A DNA stretch of 64,000 bases from Epithemia pelagica. Its lineage: Eukaryota; Protista; Bacillariophyta. The notes below the pieces were generated by a model. That model was not told the DNA's origin, searched no databases, and was given only the letters and a program-made list of their open reading frames with translations. This document shows positions 56,785 through 64,000 of this stretch, one piece after another (within the stretch, counting starts at the first letter, position 1; every line of letters begins with the position of its first letter). The position numbers were made by a program, and so were the translations under genes. The DNA lies in assembly GCA_946965045.2 (NCBI GenBank), contig OX337241.1, forward strand, positions 806,001-870,000. The letters run 5' to 3'.

Positions 56785-57074
56785 GATGATTATGATGATG
56801 ATAACGATTGCCTTTTTGTGAACTCTTTCTTGGATATTTTTTGTCCTATTTGAAAAAGAGATAACAATCTAGAATGTTGAGGGAGTTGAAATAGTTGTTA
56901 GTGGGGCATCGTTTCACACTTTTTACAAGACCAAAATATTATTATTTGAGTATTCGTGTTGTATTTGTAGAGTTTTGATTGGTACACGTGGTCAGATCAT
57001 CTGGAAGGACGACATTCCACAAGGAAGAGAAGAGAGAGAATCATCTTCTATCTACCTCTTCCTGCTTCCAGAGA

Positions 57075-57415
57075 GGTCGAGAAAGTCTCAACAGTCAACG
57101 GCATCATCATTCGTAATTCGTACAGGAAGGGTGTGAGTCGCGTGGATTGGAAACCTTCTGTTCCGATGAATGACAAATGACAAGGGGACCGATCGAGAAA
57201 GTCAACGGCATGGTCATTCGTACAAGAACAACCACCTGGTCTGAGTCGCATGGATTGGAAACCTCCTGTATGCCGATAAATCACAAGGACCGACACGGTG
57301 GGATCGACACCACCGCTTTTATCAGCCCCTTGCGCACCGTATGCGACCATCCATAAAGTTTGTCAGGTGCCATAAGTTCGATGCGGTATCGCATGTTGAA
57401 CAAGATCTTTCCCTC
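57075..57415 (+). pseudogene. Two decayed tandem fragments of the alpha/beta hydrolase 3' end
   Basis: 57235-57326 shares agtcgcatggattggaaacctc and cggtgggatcgacaccaccgct with 54450-54536. A more degenerate copy lies at about 57130-57190. Confidence 0.8.
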
Positions 57416-57794
57416 CTGTTCTATTCCCCACTGGAAGGTATTTGTTTTTGGTGCAAGGAGCAGCAGAAGCATGACCGGTCTACAAGCGAAATGGCATTGC
57501 AATTTTTTCCTTGACACAGCAAGATGCAAATCGATATCGCTACTACTTGGCGAGGCTTGAAAGACTACCACACTTGTCAGGAGGCAAATTGTCCTATCGA
57601 CTCTAATAGCTAGAAATACAACAATATAGCGTATGCATAATTTTATTACTTCTTTGCATGTAGAGAAAACACGGCTTGGCGTCGGATGTGTTTCGATCGA
57701 TACGACGGGACGGGACGCGACACTCCATCCATCCATCCATCCCACGCAACGCACCACACCTTGTGCACAATATCGAGTAGAAAATGAAGGTCAG

Positions 57795-57887
57795 AACATG
57801 TACCTTTTTCCATTCGAAACCTTACAATCGTCCCTATGACCATGGTTGGACTGGTTGTTACCTTTCGAATGGAAAAAGGTACATGTT
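57795..57887. repeat. Perfect 25-bp inverted repeat with 43-nt spacer (hairpin)
   Basis: aacatgtacctttttccattcgaaa (57795-57819) and tttcgaatggaaaaaggtacatgtt (57863-57887). Confidence 0.92.
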
Positions 57888-57916
57888 TAGGGTTTCGGAC
57901 CGACCTCTGAAGCACC

Positions 57917-58861
57917 ATGGTTTTCCACGATACCCCGTGTTGCATCCGACGAATTTTCTTCTTGCGCGCGGGCGCGCGCCAGCCCGCTTTCTGGACAACT
58001 GACACATACCTGATCGTGCAGCAACACAGTCGGAGCGAAACAACCCATAAAGACCACCACCCTCTCGATGCGGCTTCAGTACGATCTTCGCTCTACTCAT
58101 ATAGACAACAACATTGCTGGAGTGTCACACCAACAAGTATACAACGCACTTTTCCAGGAATTGCGCGGCAACAACTGGAATCGGCATCAATTCTCCAAGT
58201 GGTAGGCACAACCGCCGCTACCGCGTTGGGTGACGTTGAGGCTGCCTGCGCCGCGGCCGAAGCTCTTTGTGGCTTAGCTGCGCGTCCCCTTCCACCCAAA
58301 CATATTTTTCACCGCGTTGAAGTTCAACGACAGACGAACAATAGTGTTCTCCGCCCCTAGTAGAGCTAGACTGGTTCTACCACCTCGTTGTTTCGCCGCT
58401 CCATACACCTGAAAATGGACATTCGCGAAGACATTGGAGAAGGCAAACGCGGCCTCAGCCTTGTATCATCTGAGGAGGAAATACTGAAGGATCAAAAGAA
58501 AGCTATCGTTGCGGAATTTCAAGCTCAAAAGGACACTGCAAATGGTGATGGCGACGACCCTCGCAAATCCAAGAAGCAAAAAACGAAGAAAGAGCCAACT
58601 CGAGAACATTCGTTGCTTCGAGAATCTGCGGACGCAGCAAGACTGTGGGAAAAGGCAATGTATGATAAGTACACAGAGGGACAAGCCGGGGAAATCTTGG
58701 ACCGAGTCTTGGAGTACTGGCGCAAGTCGGATTTTCCCGCTGAGCCCTTTCACAAATGGACGGGGGATTAAATGGAAGACGCAAAGACTGGTTGGCGCAA
58801 ATTCAAGGCCTACCGGGAAATGTTGGACAAGTATTCGCACAAGGTAGATGACCGTGACTGA
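57917..58861 (+). pseudogene. Stop-interrupted ORF of unknown function
   Basis: Track ORFs 57917-58360 and 58388-58771 share one frame and are separated by TAG TAG AGC TAG. After TAA at 58769-58771 the frame continues MEDAKTGWRKFKAYREMLDKY to TGA at 58859-58861. Confidence 0.55.
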
Positions 58862-59735
58862 TCGTACGATGAGTCACGATCAATACCTAGTGGTTTCATC
58901 TGGCTGTGACGTCATAATATACAAACACCTAGCACATGTAGATCGTAGTTTAGACAATGGGGAGAAAGGGAATACGATAGGAGGCGCTTTCAATGGCCTT
59001 GGACATGAGCTAGACATCATCCATGAACATGTGCGATATCTTGGGACGATTGAATGCGATCTAGATGTCAGATGCACACGAACCAGCAATGCTGCGTGTA
59101 GATTTCTACGTACCTAGTACAAATGGATGAAAAGGGGAAACAACAACAACGAGCACTAACATAGACGATAACACTCACAATTCTAAAAAGCATCATCATC
59201 ACATCTCTTTGTGTCCTACCTACTCTTCTAGTAGTTGTTGGCCTTTTCCTTGACCCGTGGGGGATTGGCTACGTGGTTGGTGCCTTGAATTGTCTAACGC
59301 TTTGTTGTATCTTTGATTGTTGTGTCGTAACGATCGGAGTCCTTCATCTTTTGTCAGATTAACAGTCTCAACAGCACGCCTGTTGATTGTTGTTCTCGTT
59401 TCCTTTCCGAATCGTTTGGTTGATTGTTGTCTTTGACCGATCTCTTGCGTTGTTTGTGTTTGTTGGGTTTGCTCTTACTTCCGAAGGTGAAATTCGTTCG
59501 GAGGGATTGATTCTCATATCCCGTCCTCTCCGTCTCGTCATATTCGATCGATTCATCCATTTGGTTGGTTGTTGGGTCGGTTGGTTGTCGTCTTATCGTT
59601 GTCGAAAAAAAATCTTCATTGTCGGCATCGAATTTTGTTTTTCGTCGCTTCTTGTCTGTGTCGGAAAACAGAGTTGGGGGAACTATCCGAGGTAACCAAT
59701 CCCACGGGCAACCCAACTCCCAGTCCCCGCGAGAC

Positions 59736-60202
59736 TGTCGTATCCCCATCCCGTACTTTACGTACAAGTAAGCCGCAAGGCCGAAAAGAGGGCGATCCTT
59801 GCCAGACCGGCTGGATACCGTCAGGGGGCGAAGTTAAGGTACTCAACAGGTACTACTTCGCGTGCTCCGGCACACGTGTTCGTTACTAACAACGCATCTG
59901 TTGCTGTCGCCCGCCAAGCGATCAGGCTCTCTATCTTTGCGCTGTGGACAGATTGCTTAACCGCCAGACGTTACCTTCCTGGTGCGCGATTGTTCTTGGT
60001 CTTTCCCGCCTTTTGATCGCTTCTTTTTCCTTCCTACACGTGGAGTTTGGGCTAGGGATTGGCAATCCCGGTGTGTGGAGTCAAGAACAGACACCGTCAG
60101 ATCTTGCTAGTTCTTCGTTACCCTCGGGTAGCAACCTAGCCTAAAGACTGCAGTGGAAGCGCGTCACATTCTAATTAGCTTCGCTCAGCGAGCCCCGTGA
60201 CA
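59736..60202 (+). repeat. Putative 5' LTR
   Basis: Non-coding segment upstream of gag, bounded by TGTC...GACA. The second LTR is outside the window, so the ends are unconfirmed. Confidence 0.45.
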
Positions 60203-60433
60203 TTGCTCCCGGTTCTGAATAGCACCTCTGCTTGGAGTTTTATTTTCAATCGGTTTGATTTCAAGTGTTTTCTTTGGTTTTATTTTCAAGTTTTTCAAGT
60301 TTTTGGAGACGGATACAAGTAGGCTACTACCTGGTGAATTTGATTCAGAGGGCTCTTCAGTAGTAACTTCATCCTATCTCCGCTCAAGATATTCAAGTTT
60401 TTTTCACCTAGTTCTACCTAGTTTACTGATATC

Positions 60434-63400
60434 ATGACGGAACCGACTGAGAATGCAGTAGATCTTTCCCAGGATCCAGTTTTTCAGCACATCTTTACTA
60501 CGATCTTGAATCAACCCCCAGATCGCCTTTCTGATTTCCAAGACTGGTTTACTCATCACAAGTTTTTAAACTTCTCTGAGTTTCTTGAGTTGTATGTCTT
60601 CGAACCTGAAACCCTTGCGGATGACCTTGAATTTAAAACTAAGCGACAGCCTAAGACCCAGAAATTACATCCTACCTTCGCTAAGCAAATTCGTGCTTTC
60701 CTTCTTTGGGCTAATCATCTTCACTCTCTCGCCCAGCGTTTCTTTGGTGCTGATGACTGGTTAGCACTTACTCGCGAGGATTATGGTCGGTTTCGCATCG
60801 GGACTTATTTCCCTACTTCTTCTCAGTCTCGGGCCTTAAACGTGCCGTCTACTCCAGGTACTCCATCTCTTGGCACTCCGGGGGGGAAGTCTACTATGTC
60901 TAACTCGTCTCAGTCCCAGCAAGATTTGACTACCTTTCGTAAAGGCATTAAACGCGACTCAACGGCATATGAAGTACTCAAGGAAGAGAAAAACTATGAC
61001 CCCTTTATGCGTAGTTTTCGTGCTACTGCACTTGCTCAAGGATTAGGCAATGTTTTGGATCCTTCTTTTGTTGTGGATTCCACAGATCCTGCTGCCTCTG
61101 CTCTTTACCGAGAACAACAGATCTTTCTATATTCAGTTTTAGTTCGTTGTTTACAAACTGATAAAGGTCGTGCTATCATTCGTGCCCATACTACGGACAT
61201 GGATGCTACAGCCGTCCTAGATGAGTTACGCACTCATCATACGGACTCCGAGTTGTCACGCAAGGAAATCATGCGTCTCACTGCCTATCTTACAAACATT
61301 CGTCTTGATTCAGCATGGAGAGGCACTACATCCCAGTTCTTGCTTCATTTCAATGAACAACTACGTCTTTTAGATAGTCTATGTGATTCTAGCCAAAAGC
61401 TACCTGATTTTTCACGTACTACTTTTCTCATGCAAGCTGTGGATGGTAATGAAGATCTTCGACGTGTCAAGATTTTCGATGATTTTCTTAAATCCCAATC
61501 TGGGACTCATGCAAAAATGTCCTATGATGACTACTATCGTGTGTTGACTAATGCTGCTTTTCAATTTGATCAGCACTTAGCTAGCAAGAATGGATCTAAA
61601 CGACGAGCTTATGCTTCCCAACAGTGTGATCACGATATTTTTGACTCTGATCATTCTAGTTCTCATGATGATTTCATTCAAGAGGATCTTGTATCTATTT
61701 TTCAAGCTAATCGGTCTCGTAATCGCATTGATACTCGTACTCAGCGTATTTTTCTCCCTAAGGATATTTGGGATGCTACTTCAGATGAAGTTAAAGAGAT
61801 GCTAAAAGCACACAATAAACGTATCTTGGCTAACTCACCTAATTCTAAACCTCGTCAAACGAACCTACATGAGGTTAGTGAATCATCTGCTGATGAAAAT
61901 CCAACAGCTACTGATAATACTGAAGAAGCTTGCCAAGAAGCTGCTGTTGCTACTGAGTCTGATCCTAGTCCTGATCAGCTTCTCACAATGTTACATGAGC
62001 AAACTGATTATCCTGAATCTGATATTCAGCGCGTCCTTTCTGCCAACAAGGCTAAATCTAAGGGTGTTAGTTTCTCTATCAATGCTACCTATCGCTTCTC
62101 CAAGGCTAACCTTAATCCTACCTTTCAGTTGATTGATAGAGGGGCCAATGGTGGTTTAGCTGGGAGTGATTTGAAGATTATCCACAAAACTGGTCGAAAG
62201 ATTAACATTATTGGCATTGATAATCACGAGGTAACTGGTTTGGACATTGTTACCGCTGCAGGTCTTTATTCTACACAGCTAGGTACAATCGTTGGTATTT
62301 TCCATGAGTATGCTTACCTTGGCAAAGGTCGTTCGATTCACTCTCCGCCACAAATGGAATATTTCAAGACTCTTGTTGATGACAAGTCAGTTCTTGTCGG
62401 TGGTCGACAGCGTATTGAGACTCTAGACGGCTATGCCTTACCTTTGATCTTTAAGGGTGGACTTGTCTATTTGGATAGTCTCGGCATTCCTACTGATAAT
62501 GACCTAGCTACCTATCCTCATGTCGTCTTTACGTCACCCGATGAATGGAATCCTGACGTCATGGATCATTCTCATTCGTCCAATCCTGATACACATTCTG
62601 ATTGGATGGATCTTGTCAACCCAGACCCTATTGATCGTGATTTTTCTGCGACTGGAGACTATGTTCATCGCGTCAACCTAGTTTCCCAGATTCTTACCCG
62701 GTACTCTACTCTTAAGCGCTGGACTAATCTTATTCTCAATACCTCTGGTTGTCCACCTAGCTGCTGGTTACTTGCTCTAGACTATGCGTCGACCGTGCTT
62801 AACCACCTTGCTTCGCCGGCGCTTAACGGTCGCACCCCCATTGAGCGCCTGACGGGCTCCACTCCTGATGTTAGTTTCTTACTTGCTCATTATTTCTGGG
62901 AACCAATTTATTTTTCTTATGATCCTGATCGATCTTCTTACCCTTCTACTGGTAATGAATCTAAAGGTCGTTGGGTAGGTTTTGGTACTGGAGTTGGGGA
63001 TCCATTAACATGGAAGATCCTTACTGATGAGACCTCTACGATTTTGTTTCGATCTACTATTCGTAGTGCTCCCTCTTCTTTACCTAACCGACGTCTAGAT
63101 CCAGAAAAAGGAGAGATAGTTCATGTCAGAGGTCGTCATGAAGATAGTTCTTCTGGATCTACACCTCCTATGCCTACTATAGATCCACATGATCTACTTG
63201 GCCGTAAATTTCTTGGCCCTAAACTGGAAACTGGGGAGCGTTTCCGTGGGTTAGTTGTTGCTATGGTCCAAGATCAAGCTTATCGTGACCGAAAACGTTT
63301 TGAAGACCTCAGTTTTGAAGTGGAATATGATGAAGGTCGCCTTCGTGAGATTGTCACTTACAACGAACTTCTCAATCATCTAGATCATGATCCTGACGAC

Positions 63401-64000
63401 GTTGTTTTCTCTGAGCAAGAGTATCGCATGCGGCAAATCACTGCTCATCAAGGTCCTCTCAAACCTACTGATGCTCATTACAAGGGATCTAGCTACAACG
63501 TTCTTGTCGAATGGGAAAATGGGGAGACTAGCTATGAGCCTCTTTCTTTTATAGCTAGTGATGATCCTTTGCTATGCGCTATCTATGCCAAGAATAATGG
63601 ACTACTCGACTTAGATGGCTGGAAGCACCTAGCTAAATACGTCAAGACTGAAAAACGACTCATCAAGACACTCCGTCGACATTTGCAGCAAGCCAAGAAA
63701 AAGATGATCCGGCGTAACTCTCGCGCGCAAATCAAGTACCGTTTTGGCGTGCAAGTCCCACGGGATTATGATGAAGCTATCCTGCTAGATGTTCAGAACA
63801 AGAATAACTTATGGTCAAAAGCAACTGAACTCGAGCTAGATCAAGTCATTCATCAATATAAGACATTCCTAGTTCGGGATAAGGCTATTTTTCAAAATGG
63901 GAAGCTTATGAATGCTCCTGAAGGATACCAACGGTTGAGAGTTCACCTAGTTTTCGATGTCAAACATGATGGACGTCGAAAAGCTAGACTTGTAGCTGAT
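60434..64000 (+). CDS. CoDi-like gag-pol polyprotein, partial, with integrase core deleted
   Basis: Frame from ATG at 60434 is absent from the ORF track, consistent with no stop before the edge. Gag FRKGIKRDSTAYEVLKEEKNYD, protease LIDRGANGG (Asp codon 62135), integrase tail YSTLKRWTN...GRTPIERLTGSTPDVS and RT start VPRDYDEA...HLVFDVKHDGRRKARLVAD. Confidence 0.92.
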   Translation, partial: MTEPTENAVDLSQDPVFQHIFTTILNQPPDRLSDFQDWFTHHKFLNFSEFLELYVFEPETLADDLEFKTKRQPKTQKLHPTFAKQIRAFLLWANHLHSLAQRFFGADDWLALTREDYGRFRIGTYFPTSSQSRALNVPSTPGTPSLGTPGGKSTMSNSSQSQQDLTTFRKGIKRDSTAYEVLKEEKNYDPFMRSFRATALAQGLGNVLDPSFVVDSTDPAASALYREQQIFLYSVLVRCLQTDKGRAIIRAHTTDMDATAVLDELRTHHTDSELSRKEIMRLTAYLTNIRLDSAWRGTTSQFLLHFNEQLRLLDSLCDSSQKLPDFSRTTFLMQAVDGNEDLRRVKIFDDFLKSQSGTHAKMSYDDYYRVLTNAAFQFDQHLASKNGSKRRAYASQQCDHDIFDSDHSSSHDDFIQEDLVSIFQANRSRNRIDTRTQRIFLPKDIWDATSDEVKEMLKAHNKRILANSPNSKPRQTNLHEVSESSADENPTATDNTEEACQEAAVATESDPSPDQLLTMLHEQTDYPESDIQRVLSANKAKSKGVSFSINATYRFSKANLNPTFQLIDRGANGGLAGSDLKIIHKTGRKINIIGIDNHEVTGLDIVTAAGLYSTQLGTIVGIFHEYAYLGKGRSIHSPPQMEYFKTLVDDKSVLVGGRQRIETLDGYALPLIFKGGLVYLDSLGIPTDNDLATYPHVVFTSPDEWNPDVMDHSHSSNPDTHSDWMDLVNPDPIDRDFSATGDYVHRVNLVSQILTRYSTLKRWTNLILNTSGCPPSCWLLALDYASTVLNHLASPALNGRTPIERLTGSTPDVSFLLAHYFWEPIYFSYDPDRSSYPSTGNESKGRWVGFGTGVGDPLTWKILTDETSTILFRSTIRSAPSSLPNRRLDPEKGEIVHVRGRHEDSSSGSTPPMPTIDPHDLLGRKFLGPKLETGERFRGLVVAMVQDQAYRDRKRFEDLSFEVEYDEGRLREIVTYNELLNHLDHDPDDVVFSEQEYRMRQITAHQGPLKPTDAHYKGSSYNVLVEWENGETSYEPLSFIASDDPLLCAIYAKNNGLLDLDGWKHLAKYVKTEKRLIKTLRRHLQQAKKKMIRRNSRAQIKYRFGVQVPRDYDEAILLDVQNKNNLWSKATELELDQVIHQYKTFLVRDKAIFQNGKLMNAPEGYQRLRVHLVFDVKHDGRRKARLVAD

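Larger units (their letters stand above)
59736..64000 (+). mobile_element. Ty1/copia LTR retrotransposon of diatom CoDi type, 5' portion (truncated by window edge)
   Basis: gag-PR-(IN remnant)-RT order in a single frame. The left boundary is uncertain: TGTC starts at 59736 and 59905 both pair with ...GTGACA at 60197-60202. Confidence 0.9.

Noticed and set aside
55606-56853. 415-aa plus-strand ORF spanning the TAG lesion (where the change would be synonymous CTG/CTA)
   Set aside because: It is in exact antisense codon register with the real gene, and the paralogue shows similar but broken shadows (33003-33656, 33660-34208), so it is not conserved as a protein.
58990-59075. IAFNRPK on the minus strand resembling a crotonase/MenB N-terminus
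   Set aside because: The downstream family motifs are absent, so the match is too short to support.
1-64000. rRNA, tRNA or telomeric arrays
   Set aside because: No conserved rRNA or cloverleaf sequence was recognised by eye, and TTAGGG occurs only as isolated hexamers. tRNAscan or Infernal would be needed to exclude small RNA genes fully.

Overview
Eukaryotic nuclear DNA, most likely from a pennate diatom. This is inferred from the GT(ACG/AAG)..AG introns, an HSF-domain gene, a helicase-associated (HA) domain gene, a bipartite plastid presequence, poly-Q/N/H tracts and a CoDi-type Ty1/copia element. Recognisable host genes are CDC20, an RNI-like LRR protein, an HSF transcription factor, a DUF616/TOD1-like protein, condensin II subunit G2, a large flavin amine-oxidase-family protein, an HA-domain protein, a plastid-targeted EamA transporter and a membrane-anchored alpha/beta hydrolase with a granulin-like module. 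There are also two very long disordered proteins and three pairs of paralogues of unknown function. At least four mobile elements are present: a 1.38-kb non-coding element with perfect 87-bp TIRs (5509-6889); a hAT element with an 8-bp TSD and a dead transposase (7199-10169); a Mutator-like element with a 10-bp TSD and non-transposase cargo (40912-42748); and a CoDi-like copia element running off the right edge, whose gag-pol frame is open but lacks the integrase catalytic core. The 55-60 kb zone is a decaying duplicated region. Several broken ORFs in the window are interrupted by in-frame stops that fit C->T changes (CGA->TGA, CAG->TAG, CAA->TAA). No rRNA, tRNA or CRISPR array was recognised. 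Exon boundaries and partial ORFs were derived by hand and no database searches were run.
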